From Dehalococcoidia bacterium (GTDB taxonomy: Bacteria; Chloroflexota; Dehalococcoidia; Lucifugimonadales; GCA-002694895), in NCBI GenBank assembly GCA_045564835.1, contig JBJLGN010000024.1:6265-70264 (forward strand): a DNA stretch of 64,000 bases. Reading direction: 5' to 3'. The notes below the pieces were generated by a model. The model was given only the letters and a program-made list of their open reading frames with translations. It was not told the DNA's origin and searched no databases. Positions 1 to 10,360 of the stretch are shown here, piece after piece. The first letter of the stretch is position 1. Each line of letters starts with the position of its first letter. Both the position numbers and the translations under genes were made by a program.

Positions 1-1
1 A

Positions 2-553
<552 letters not shown>

Positions 554-580
554 GTATTTTAATTAAGTACTGAATTAAAT

Positions 581-622
581 AAAAAAAGGGACTAAAGATT
601 ATAAGTTCCTTTTTTTATTTTT
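581..622 (+). terminator. Rho-independent terminator after collagen-like gene 1
   Basis: 12-bp stem aaaaaaagggac / gttccttttttt (one G-U pair) with a 12-nt loop, followed by a T-rich tail. Confidence 0.6.
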
Positions 623-637
623 CAACAAGTTGTTTTG

Positions 638-645
638 AAGGAGGA
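638..645 (+). promoter_or_regulatory. Shine-Dalgarno sequence for collagen-like gene 2
   Basis: gaaggagg lies 6 nt upstream of the ATG at 652. Confidence 0.7.
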
Positions 646-651
646 AAAAAC

Positions 652-1137
652 ATGAACAATATTTATAAACTATTTATATCTACATTATCAATTTTAGTTC
701 TATCCATTGCATTAATTGCTTGCGCAGGTCCTGCAGGAGCTGCAGGTGACCCTGGACTACCTGGATTACCTGGACTGCAAGGAGTACAAGGTGACCCTGG
801 TCTTCCTGGTCTTCCTGGTTTACAAGGTGTAGCTGGTGCTGATGGAACTGCTGGTTCTTCAACTTCAATGAGCGCAACGTCAGCTGCTGCTGGTGGTGAC
901 ACTCATATTATGGTTGCTGGATTTGGATCAAAATCATCGGTTGCAATTACTGCTATAGCTGCCAAAGGCGGAATGGATAAATTCCTAGTCGGTGGATCAG
1001 TTAATGAAAGCGGTGCTGCAAAAATGACTGTTGGAATCGCTGCTGATTGGCCTGCTGGAGTATATACTTTAGTTGCTGATGGCGAAAACGGTTCTACAGC
1101 TGTTGCTGCTTTAGAAGTTACTGCAGCTGCAGAATAA
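652..1137 (+). CDS. Collagen-like triple-helix repeat lipoprotein, paralog 2 (161 aa)
   Basis: Lipobox LIAC (Cys24), 15 G-X-Y triplets, and the same C-terminal domain as paralog 1 (HIMVAGFGSKSSV...[12 protein letters not shown]). Confidence 0.8.
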   Translation: MNNIYKLFISTLSILVLSIALIACAGPAGAAGDPGLPGLPGLQGVQGDPGLPGLPGLQGVAGADGTAGSSTSMSATSAAAGGDTHIMVAGFGSKSSVAITAIAAKGGMDKFLVGGSVNESGAAKMTVGIAADWPAGVYTLVADGENGSTAVAALEVTAAAE

Positions 1138-1156
1138 TTTCTTACTAATAAATATT

Positions 1157-1201
1157 AAAAAGAAACAATTGGTAAATTCACCAATTGTTTCTTTTTTTTT
1201 T
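1157..1201 (+). terminator. Rho-independent terminator after collagen-like gene 2
   Basis: Perfect 13-bp stem agaaacaattggt / accaattgtttct (1161-1173 / 1180-1192) with loop aaattc, followed by T9. Confidence 0.8.
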
Positions 1202-1310
1202 ACAACAGTTAGTTAAACTAAAAAAATACTAAAATAATTAACTTAAAACAAATTACATATATCAAAATAAAAACCTAAAATGTAAATATTATTATTCTTT
1301 TAGTATTTTT

Positions 1311-2135
1311 ATGATAATAAGAAAAAATAAATTATTTATATATTTAATCCCCCTTCTAACGCTTTCTTTAATTTTAGGATGTGCCGGAGACGGTCCCCAA
1401 GGTCCTGAAGGTCCTCAGGGAAATAAAGGGAAAGTGGGTGAAAAAGGAGATCCTGGAATTCCAGGAATCCAAGGAATAAGCGGGCCTCCTGGCCCTGCTG
1501 GAGCTATAGGACCAGCAGGAAATGATGCTCCGCAGCCTCAGGCAACTATAATAACAATTCAAGATACTGAGTTTACAGCTAATGAATCAATAGAAATTTG
1601 GGGATCAGGCTTTAATCCAAGGGAAACTATTACAATTTCAATGCAATTCTCTGATACGCTAGATGTAATTATTGGTACTATTGTGAGCACAGAAAGCGGC
1701 TCATTTTCATTAAAAACAAAACCATTGTCTAATAATCCGAAAATAAAATCCCAAATTACTGATGGAACGATTTATACTCTTTTAGCTAAAGGGTCAAATC
1801 AAAGTAAGTCTAGTGCAGCTATAAAAATTATTTCTGAAAGAATAATTCCATCTCATTTAATATCACCTAATGCAAATCTGATTATTGCTGCTGCTGTTCC
1901 TAATGGGTCTACAGTCGCCTACGGATCAGGATTTAAGCCAAATGAAAATTTTATTATTGCTGTATTACTAAGCAATAGTAATACTCAAATACTAGGAGGA
2001 GGATCAGCTAATAATTCTGGTGCTTTTAATTTGGAATCCATCGTTGATTTAAGCCCAGGTATTTACACTGCTCTTGCCACAGGAGGAGAAGGATCTTCTG
2101 CTAGCGCCCCTTTATTGGTTTCATTAGACAAATAA
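1311..2135 (+). CDS. Collagen-like triple-helix repeat lipoprotein, paralog 3 (274 aa) with duplicated C-terminal domain
   Basis: Lipobox ILGC (Cys24) and 15 G-X-Y triplets (GPQGPEGPQGNKGKVGEKGDPGIPG...). Two copies of the xGSGFxPxE...G.YT.LA.G domain follow. Its codon usage is more AT-rich than paralogs 1 and 2. Confidence 0.75.
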   Translation: MIIRKNKLFIYLIPLLTLSLILGCAGDGPQGPEGPQGNKGKVGEKGDPGIPGIQGISGPPGPAGAIGPAGNDAPQPQATIITIQDTEFTANESIEIWGSGFNPRETITISMQFSDTLDVIIGTIVSTESGSFSLKTKPLSNNPKIKSQITDGTIYTLLAKGSNQSKSSAAIKIISERIIPSHLISPNANLIIAAAVPNGSTVAYGSGFKPNENFIIAVLLSNSNTQILGGGSANNSGAFNLESIVDLSPGIYTALATGGEGSSASAPLLVSLDK

Positions 2136-2138
2136 ATA

Positions 2139-3494
2139 TTAACGACGTTTTTTAATAGCTGCTGGATTGCCATAAACCAATTGGTCATTTCCAACATCTT
2201 TTGTTACAATGGAACCTGCTCCAATTACTGCATTTTTGCCAATTTTCACAGGAGCAACAATCATAGTTCCTGAACCAATAAATACATTACTTGATATATT
2301 TGTTTTTTGTTTTACTTTTCCATCAAAATTACACGTAACAGTGCCAGCTCCAATGTTAACATTTCTTTCTATGATTGAATCTCCTATATAACAAAAATGC
2401 CCTAATTTACTTCCACTATCAATTTTAGATTTTTTAATTTCTACGTTTGTACCTACATAAACTTCATTACTAATATTAGAATTTTGCCTGACATGGGAAT
2501 ATGGTCCAATATTTACTTCAGAACCAATTTGGGAATCGCTTACAACAGATTTTTTTATAATTGTATTTTTTTCAATCGAAGAATTGAAAATTTCAGTATT
2601 AGGACCAATTATACAATTTGATTTAATAATAGAATTAGATTTAACGATAGTGCCAGGTTCAATGATAGAATCAGGCTCAATAACACAATTAAAATCAATG
2701 TAGGTGTTGTCTGGATCAATAATATTTACACCTTTTGTCATTAAATCAATATTCTTTCTTTGAAATGCGATTTTTTGAGCTACACTTAATTGGTATTTGT
2801 CATTAATTCCTAGAGATTCGTATTTAGAAAGAGGGAATGAATAATTTACATCGTAGCCATCATTTGCAGATATGTTTATTAAGTCAGTTATATATAGTTC
2901 CTTATTATTTGTATTTATTTTAGAAACTGATTTTTTTAACCAATTTAAATTAATGCAATATAGCCCAACATTAAATTCTTTAAATTTATTTTGATCTTCA
3001 CTAACATTTTCACTTATTCCTGTGATTTTTCCTTCTTTTGATTTTATTATAGCTCCATAATTACCTGGCATTGTGCTATCAAAGGTATCAATTAATATTG
3101 ATACTTTTGATTTTTTGTTAATATGAGAATCAATTAAATTTAAAACAGAGCCACTTTTTAACATTGGAGTATCTGAATTAACAATAATAATATTGTCAGA
3201 TTGCAAGCTATCCAAAGCTTGCAATAATGCATCTCCAGTACCTCTAGGTTCTAATTGTTTAATATATTTGAAGGAATTATCTGATTGTAAAACTGTTTTT
3301 TTAATTTCAGAATGCTTATCAGGAACTATTATAAATTTGTTAGCAAAAATCGATAAGGGCAGATGATTTAATAGATAGTTGATCATAGGAATCCCATTCA
3401 AAGTATGTAATGGTTTAGGTAAAGTTTTAGATTTCATTCTAGAACCTTTCCCAGCTGCTAATACAACAATATCTAGTAAATTTTTATATTTCAT
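2139..3494 (-). CDS. glmU: Bifunctional UDP-N-acetylglucosamine pyrophosphorylase / glucosamine-1-phosphate N-acetyltransferase
   Basis: 451 aa. The N-terminal nucleotidyltransferase motif is LAAGKGSRMKS..PKPLH. The C-terminal half is made of left-handed beta-helix hexapeptide repeats. Confidence 0.8.
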   Translation of the reverse strand: MKYKNLLDIVVLAAGKGSRMKSKTLPKPLHTLNGIPMINYLLNHLPLSIFANKFIIVPDKHSEIKKTVLQSDNSFKYIKQLEPRGTGDALLQALDSLQSDNIIIVNSDTPMLKSGSVLNLIDSHINKKSKVSILIDTFDSTMPGNYGAIIKSKEGKITGISENVSEDQNKFKEFNVGLYCINLNWLKKSVSKINTNNKELYITDLINISANDGYDVNYSFPLSKYESLGINDKYQLSVAQKIAFQRKNIDLMTKGVNIIDPDNTYIDFNCVIEPDSIIEPGTIVKSNSIIKSNCIIGPNTEIFNSSIEKNTIIKKSVVSDSQIGSEVNIGPYSHVRQNSNISNEVYVGTNVEIKKSKIDSGSKLGHFCYIGDSIIERNVNIGAGTVTCNFDGKVKQKTNISSNVFIGSGTMIVAPVKIGKNAVIGAGSIVTKDVGNDQLVYGNPAAIKKRR

Positions 3495-3559
3495 TACTAT
3501 TATTTATAACATAAATATTAAATAATTATTAAGTATAAACTTTTAAACTAAATAAAAAT

Positions 3560-4321
3560 ATGAATAATGTAATATTTATACCTGTATTAGGTATGCCTGA
3601 AATCAATGTGTCTGACAATATTCCTGAACTTATAATTGACTGTCTAAAGAAAAATGAAGAAAAGATAATGCAAAATGATATATTAGTTATAACACAAAAA
3701 ATTGTTTCAAAAGCGGAAGATCGTATAATTGATCTGAAATCGATTAAGCCTACTAAAAAAGCTTTAAATTTATCTGAATCACTCAACAAAGATGCCAGGT
3801 TAATACAATTAATTTTAAATGAAAGTAAATCAATTGTTAAATTAGACAAAGAACGAGGAATAATAATTACAGAAAACAATAATGGCCATATAAGTGCAAA
3901 TTCAGGAATTGATTTTTCGAACATTAAGGGCGAGAATAATGCTTCATTACTGCCAGTAAATCCAGACGCTAGTGCAAAAAAATTCCATGATTACTTTATA
4001 AATAAACTAACCACAAATAATGTTGGAATAATTATCAGTGACACATTTGGAAGGCCATGGAGAATTGGTCAAACAAATATTTCTATAGGAAGCTATGGAA
4101 TCAACCCATTCGTTAATTACATTAACAAAAAAGACACTTACGGAGAGCAATTAAATTCTACTAATATATGTTTAGTTGACGAATTAGCTGGGGGTGCAGA
4201 AATACTTATGGGCAAAACAATGAATGTACCTGTAGTTGTTGTTAGGGGTTTGAATTTTGAGTTCTCAAAGATCGGGTCTAGTGAGATACTAAGAGATAAA
4301 GATAAAGATTTATTCAGATAA
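3560..4321 (+). CDS. cofE: Coenzyme F420-0:L-glutamate ligase (CofE/FbiB N-domain family)
   Basis: 253 aa. Family-typical motifs are ITQKIVSKAEDR, ANSGIDFSN and DTFGRPWRIGQTN. Confidence 0.7.
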   Translation: MNNVIFIPVLGMPEINVSDNIPELIIDCLKKNEEKIMQNDILVITQKIVSKAEDRIIDLKSIKPTKKALNLSESLNKDARLIQLILNESKSIVKLDKERGIIITENNNGHISANSGIDFSNIKGENNASLLPVNPDASAKKFHDYFINKLTTNNVGIIISDTFGRPWRIGQTNISIGSYGINPFVNYINKKDTYGEQLNSTNICLVDELAGGAEILMGKTMNVPVVVVRGLNFEFSKIGSSEILRDKDKDLFR

Positions 4322-4489
4322 GTTATCGTAATTATATTCTGATGACCACACGGAAGTATCAGTATAATTAAAAAATTCTTTAGTCTTACCACATTTTTTA
4401 CATCTTCCTACGCTTTTAGATCCTGATGGTTCTTCAATAACCCAATAGCATACGCAATTACTTGCATTAACTTCTGTATTCGTATCCAT
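4310..4489 (-). CDS. Small zinc-ribbon-like protein (59 aa), missing from the ORF track (59 aa; every listed ORF is 60 aa or longer)
   Basis: Hand translation gives MDTNTEVNASNCVCYWVIEEPSGSKSVGRCKKCGKTKEFFNYTDTSVWSSEYNYDNLSE. It has a CxC...CxxC arrangement and fills an otherwise empty 300-bp gap. It is convergent with cofE and overlaps it by 12 nt. Confidence 0.45.
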   Translation of the reverse strand: MDTNTEVNASNCVCYWVIEEPSGSKSVGRCKKCGKTKEFFNYTDTSVWSSEYNYDNLSE

Positions 4490-4616
4490 ATTTTTTAATT
4501 TAACCTTGTGAAATATTTAACATGTGAAAATTATAACATACTACCAATTATAAGAACAATAGATAATTATATAATTATTTCAAATACAATATAATATAAA
4601 AAAAAAGTGTGATTAT

Positions 4617-5075
4617 ATGAATTATTGGTTATTTAAATCAGAACCTTCTGATTATTCTTTTGAAGATTTAATAAAAGATAAACAAACAGAATGGGAAGGA
4701 ATAAGAAATTACCAAGCAAGAAATTTTATAAGGGACAAAATAAAAATTGATGATGAAATATTATTTTATCATTCGATGATATCTGCTCCTCATGTTGTTG
4801 GAATTGCAAAAGTCACATCTAAAGCGTATCCAGATTTTTTTGCTTTAGATAAAACTCATAAATACTATGACCCCAAAAGTTCTGAAGAAAATCCAAGGTG
4901 GTTTATGGTTGATATAAAAGCAATAAGAAAACTCGATAACATAGTAACTTTAAAATCAATCAAAAATAACAAATTTCTTAATGATATGGTTTTAGTGAAT
5001 AATTCTAGACTTTCAATTCAGCCAGTTACTAATAAAGAATGGGAATTAATTCTAAACATGTCATCCTCTGGATAG
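4617..5075 (+). CDS. EVE (PUA-like, DUF55) domain protein
   Basis: 152 aa. The N-terminus MNYWLFKSEPS..Y and the overall pattern match the EVE/thymocyte nuclear protein family. Confidence 0.7.
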   Translation: MNYWLFKSEPSDYSFEDLIKDKQTEWEGIRNYQARNFIRDKIKIDDEILFYHSMISAPHVVGIAKVTSKAYPDFFALDKTHKYYDPKSSEENPRWFMVDIKAIRKLDNIVTLKSIKNNKFLNDMVLVNNSRLSIQPVTNKEWELILNMSSSG

Positions 5076-6158
5076 TATCTCTTTTGAAATGGCATCTCCC
5101 ATTTCAGAAGTCGAACAAAATTTTCCTGCCCCTGATATATCTTTTGTTCTTAATCCGTTATCAATTATCTTTTCAACTGAATTAGAAATCAAATCAGAAA
5201 TTTCTTTTTCATTAAATGAATATTCAAACATCATTGCAGTACTTAATATCATTCCAATAGGATTGGCTATGTTTTTCCCAGCTATATCTGGGGCACTACC
5301 ATGTATAGGCTCATACAAACTTTTATTATCTTCATCAAACTCTCCAGGAATAAAAGACAATGATGCTGAAGGTAGCATTCCTAGAGAAGAAGATAGCACA
5401 GAAGCTTCATCAGTTAAAATATCACCAAATGTGTTTTCTGATACTATTACATTAAACTGGCTTGGGTTAAGAATTAATTGCATAGCTGCATTATCAACTA
5501 ACATATGATTATACTTTACACTCTTATATTGTTGTGAAATTTCATCAACTATTTTTCTCCATAATTTAGAAGTTTCTAAAACGTTAGACTTATCAACTGA
5601 AGTTAGATTAACTTTTTTGGATTCTGATATTTTGAATGCTAATTCCACAATTCTGTGTATTTCGCTTTCATTATAAAACATAGTGTCTACAGCAGATCTG
5701 TTTGGAGTTTCATTCATAATTTTTTTAGGTTCACCAAAATACAGTCCACCAGTTAATTCTCTAATAATTAAAATATCAACATCATTCAATATTTCTGATT
5801 TGACTGGAGAACTATCTTTTAATGCTTCGAAAATTTTAACAGGTCTTAAATTAGCGTACAGATCTAATTTTTTTCGAATTTTTAATATTCCCATTTCAGG
5901 TCTGAATGCAGAATCCAAATCATCCCACTTAGGTCCTCCAACAGCTCCAAATAGAACTGAATTACAATTTTCAATTAAATCTATAGTATGTTCAGGTAAT
6001 GGATCTCCATGTTTGTCATAAGCTCCTCCGCCAACTTCCCCTCTTTCAATGTCATATTTATTGCCTGTTATAGTTTCTATTGATTTAATAATTTTTAATG
6101 CTTCCGCAATAACTTCAGGGCCAATTCCATCTCCGGGTAAAACTGCTATATAATTCAA
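5061..6158 (-). CDS. leuB: 3-isopropylmalate dehydrogenase
   Basis: 365 aa. Motifs are IAVLPGDGIGPEV, NLRP and HGSAPDIAGKNIANP. Confidence 0.85.
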   Translation of the reverse strand: MNYIAVLPGDGIGPEVIAEALKIIKSIETITGNKYDIERGEVGGGAYDKHGDPLPEHTIDLIENCNSVLFGAVGGPKWDDLDSAFRPEMGILKIRKKLDLYANLRPVKIFEALKDSSPVKSEILNDVDILIIRELTGGLYFGEPKKIMNETPNRSAVDTMFYNESEIHRIVELAFKISESKKVNLTSVDKSNVLETSKLWRKIVDEISQQYKSVKYNHMLVDNAAMQLILNPSQFNVIVSENTFGDILTDEASVLSSSLGMLPSASLSFIPGEFDEDNKSLYEPIHGSAPDIAGKNIANPIGMILSTAMMFEYSFNEKEISDLISNSVEKIIDNGLRTKDISGAGKFCSTSEMGDAISKEILSRG

Positions 6159-6167
6159 TGTAACTCC

Positions 6168-8615
6168 TTATTTAACAACTAAATTTAATAATTTATCTTT
6201 AACATATATTATTTTTATTATTTCTTTATCTACAGTATACTTTTGTACATTATCTGACTCCAATGCTAATTTCTCTATTTCATTTTGATTCAAATTTAAT
6301 GGTATATCTAAAGTGTCACGTAGTTTCCCATTTACCTGTAAAACTAATTTTATTGAATCAGATACAGTTAATGATTCATCAAAAGTGGGAAGATTTTGAT
6401 TGTGAATAGAATATTCTTTACCCATAGTTAGCCATAATTCTTCTGAAATATGGGGAGCCAAAGGGGCAAGATGTAAAAGAAGTCTTTCTAATGATTGAAA
6501 CCATAATGATTTAGAGATCATAGATGAATTATAAGCTTTTGATAATTCTGTTACATATTCCATCAATGATGCTATTGCAGTGTTAAATTTAGATAATTTC
6601 ATGTCAGAAATAATTTTTTTTGATAGTATATTTGATAATCTTACAAGTTCTTTATCGTAATCTGTGGAGACATTGTTTTCTATTATAGACGTATCTTTGT
6701 TTACTAAATCCCATATCTTAATAAACCATCTTCGTATTCCATTTATACCCGAATCAGACCAATCTCCACCTTGATCCCAAGGGCCTAAAAACATTAAATA
6801 ACATCTCAACGTATCTGCTCCATATTTTTTCACTATTGGATCAGGAGTTAATGGATTAGATCGTTTTGAAATTTTCTTATGCTCTTTTATTAACATTCCT
6901 TGATTGGTTAGTTTTAAATATGGTTCGTCAAAATTTAAATATCCTAAGTCACGTAAAGCTTTGTTAAAAAATCTTGCATATAATAAATGCATAACAGCAT
7001 GTTCGGCGCCACCCATATAATGAGATACAGGAAGCCATGATGATATTTTTTTGTTATCAAAAGGTCCATCTTCAGAAGAATTGTATGGACTAGCAAATCT
7101 TAAGTGATACCAAGATGAACACACAAATGTATCTAAAGTATCAGTTTCTCTTGTTCCAGTTTTATTGCACTTAGGACAATTAACCTTCAAAAATTCGTCC
7201 ATCTTTGTCAATGGAGATTTACCATCTTGATCAAAAAAAGCTTTGTCAGGCAATAATACAGGTAAATCAGATTCGGGAACCGGAACAGCACCACAATCTT
7301 CACAATATATAATTGGAATAGGTGTTCCCCAATATCTTTGTCTTGAAACTAGCCAATCTCTTAAATGGTATGTTACTGATTTGTAGCCCCAATTATTTTT
7401 TTGAATTTTGTCATTAATTAATTTTTTTGCTTTATGATTGTTAAGTCCGTCAAATTCAGCAGAGTTAACTTGTATTCCATCTCCTGTCCAAGCTTTTTCT
7501 AATTTTGTTTCATCCAATTTTTCAGGTGAAACAACCATTTTTATATTTAAATTATATTTTTTTGCAAAATCTAAATCTCTTTGGTCATGAGCAGGAACTC
7601 CCATAACAGCTCCAGTTCCATAAGTAGACAATACATAATCTCCGATGAAAATTGGTATTCTTTCTCGACTTAAGGGATTTATGCAATATGCGCCTGTGAA
7701 GACTCCAGTTTTTTCTTTTTCTGTAGAAGTTCTTTCGATCTCTGTTTGCCTACTGGCATTATAAACATATTTTTTTACCTCATTTGAAAATTCAGGTTGA
7801 ACAATTTGATCTACAATAGGATGTTCAGGAGCCAAAACTACAAATGTAACTCCATAAATTGTATCAATTCTGGTGGTAAATGTTTCGATCACACTATTCT
7901 CAATGTACTCCTTTAAGTCAAAAGATACGATAGTTCCTTCAGATTTCCCAATCCAATTTTTTTGCATAGTTTTAATCTTCGATGGCCAATCGAGATCATC
8001 CATTTCTAATAACTGATCAGCATATTTGGTTATGGCAAAAAACCATTGAGGAAGAGCTTTTTTTGAAACATTAGACTCACATCTTTCGCAGGAGCCATCT
8101 CTTACTTGTTCATTTGCTAAAGTTGTTTGGCAGTTAGGGCACCAGTTAGCTTGCCCATGCTCTCTATATGCTAGTCCATTCTTGTAAAATTGTAGAAAAA
8201 AATATTGATTCCATTTGTAATAATCAGGATCAGATGTTATAAGTTCTCTATCCCAATCATATGAAGTTCCCATTTCTCTAAATTGTCTTCTGAAATTATT
8301 AATGTTTTCATAAGTCCATCTTTTAGGATCTACACCTCGTTCTATAGCTGCATTTTCGGCGGGAAGACCAAATGAATCAAATCCTTGGGGGTGCATAACA
8401 TTATATCCTTCCATTCTTTTAAATCTTGCATGTGCATCAGCCGGAGCAAAAGCATACCAATGCCCCATATGTAAATCACCTGATGGATAAGGAAACATAG
8501 TCAAAGCATAATAATTTTCTTTACTATTTGAATCTTCTACCTTATATATCTCATCATCTTCCCATTTGGTTTGCCATCTTGATTCTATTTCTGAATGATT
8601 ATAGATTTCTTTCAA
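6168..8615 (-). CDS. leuS: Leucyl-tRNA synthetase
   Basis: 815 aa. Class I signatures are PYPSGDLHMGH (HIGH) and KISKRS (KMSKS-like), plus editing-domain and LeuS-specific blocks. Confidence 0.95.
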   Translation of the reverse strand: MKEIYNHSEIESRWQTKWEDDEIYKVEDSNSKENYYALTMFPYPSGDLHMGHWYAFAPADAHARFKRMEGYNVMHPQGFDSFGLPAENAAIERGVDPKRWTYENINNFRRQFREMGTSYDWDRELITSDPDYYKWNQYFFLQFYKNGLAYREHGQANWCPNCQTTLANEQVRDGSCERCESNVSKKALPQWFFAITKYADQLLEMDDLDWPSKIKTMQKNWIGKSEGTIVSFDLKEYIENSVIETFTTRIDTIYGVTFVVLAPEHPIVDQIVQPEFSNEVKKYVYNASRQTEIERTSTEKEKTGVFTGAYCINPLSRERIPIFIGDYVLSTYGTGAVMGVPAHDQRDLDFAKKYNLNIKMVVSPEKLDETKLEKAWTGDGIQVNSAEFDGLNNHKAKKLINDKIQKNNWGYKSVTYHLRDWLVSRQRYWGTPIPIIYCEDCGAVPVPESDLPVLLPDKAFFDQDGKSPLTKMDEFLKVNCPKCNKTGTRETDTLDTFVCSSWYHLRFASPYNSSEDGPFDNKKISSWLPVSHYMGGAEHAVMHLLYARFFNKALRDLGYLNFDEPYLKLTNQGMLIKEHKKISKRSNPLTPDPIVKKYGADTLRCYLMFLGPWDQGGDWSDSGINGIRRWFIKIWDLVNKDTSIIENNVSTDYDKELVRLSNILSKKIISDMKLSKFNTAIASLMEYVTELSKAYNSSMISKSLWFQSLERLLLHLAPLAPHISEELWLTMGKEYSIHNQNLPTFDESLTVSDSIKLVLQVNGKLRDTLDIPLNLNQNEIEKLALESDNVQKYTVDKEIIKIIYVKDKLLNLVVK

Positions 8616-8631
8616 TTCATATCCTAATAAA

Positions 8632-9686
<1,055 letters not shown>

Positions 9687-9690
<4 letters not shown>

Positions 9691-10166
9691 TTTCTATCCT
9701 CTAATAAATCAAAAACACCAACACATAGATCAATTAATTCATCCGTTAATTGTTTGTCAGATGATAAATTATAACTTTCATCCAATCGTTTTAATATATC
9801 TTTTTTTGTAAACCATATCCAATTATCATTTTTTATTTCACCATCTGATATTTTACATACATAAATAAAATCTATATGCTCATGCTTGCTTTCATTAGTT
9901 TTAATAATAGGCTCTATAAATATAGTGTAGGGAGGAATAATAGAATGTACATTATTATACTTAGTTGGGTTCATGCTTGAAGTATTAATCACTTTAACCT
10001 TCAATTCGGTTTCTTCATACACTTCTCTTATTACAGCTTGAATAGGATCTTCATTTAATTCTATATGACCACCAGGAGGTAACCACATTTTTATTTTTTC
10101 ATGAAAGTGCAGTAAAACTGAATTATTTTCTATTATTAGTGCTGTTGCTGTGTAATGTCTTTTCAT
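9687..10166 (-). CDS. Nudix hydrolase
   Basis: Nudix-box-like GGHIELNEDPIQAVIREVYEETEL. The start is moved to the internal Met (MKRHYTATALI) because the longer track ORF runs into tRNA-Asp. Confidence 0.7.
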
Positions 10167-10182
10167 TATAAATAATAGGTTG

Positions 10183-10258
10183 TGGCGACCCCGACCAGGT
10201 TCGAACTGGCGATCTCCGCCTTGACAGGGCGGCGTGTTGACCACTACACCACGGGGCC
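10183..10258 (-). tRNA. tRNA-Asp (anticodon GTC), CCA encoded
   Basis: The reverse complement GGCCCCGTGGTGTAGTGGTCAACACGCCGCCCTGTCAAGGCGGAGATCGCCAGTTCGAACCTGGTCGGGGTCGCCA folds as a cloverleaf. The anticodon loop is CTGTCAA. Confidence 0.9.
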
Positions 10259-10263
10259 TTATA

Positions 10264-10336
10264 TGGGCGGTACTGGATTCGAACCAATGACCTCTGCGAT
10301 GTCAACGCAGCACTCTAACCACTGAGCTAACCGCCC
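10264..10336 (-). tRNA. tRNA-Val (anticodon GAC)
   Basis: The reverse complement GGGCGGTTAGCTCAGTGGTTAGAGTGCTGCGTTGACATCGCAGAGGTCATTGGTTCGAATCCAGTACCGCCCA has a cloverleaf with anticodon loop TTGACAT. No CCA is encoded. Confidence 0.9.
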
Positions 10337-10360
10337 AATGTATAATAAATTAAAGAAATT

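Noticed and set aside
10123-10305. 60-aa ORF and the N-terminal 26 codons of the Nudix track ORF
   Set aside because: Both overlap the tRNA-Asp and tRNA-Val genes. The GC-rich tRNA sequence simply lacks stops.
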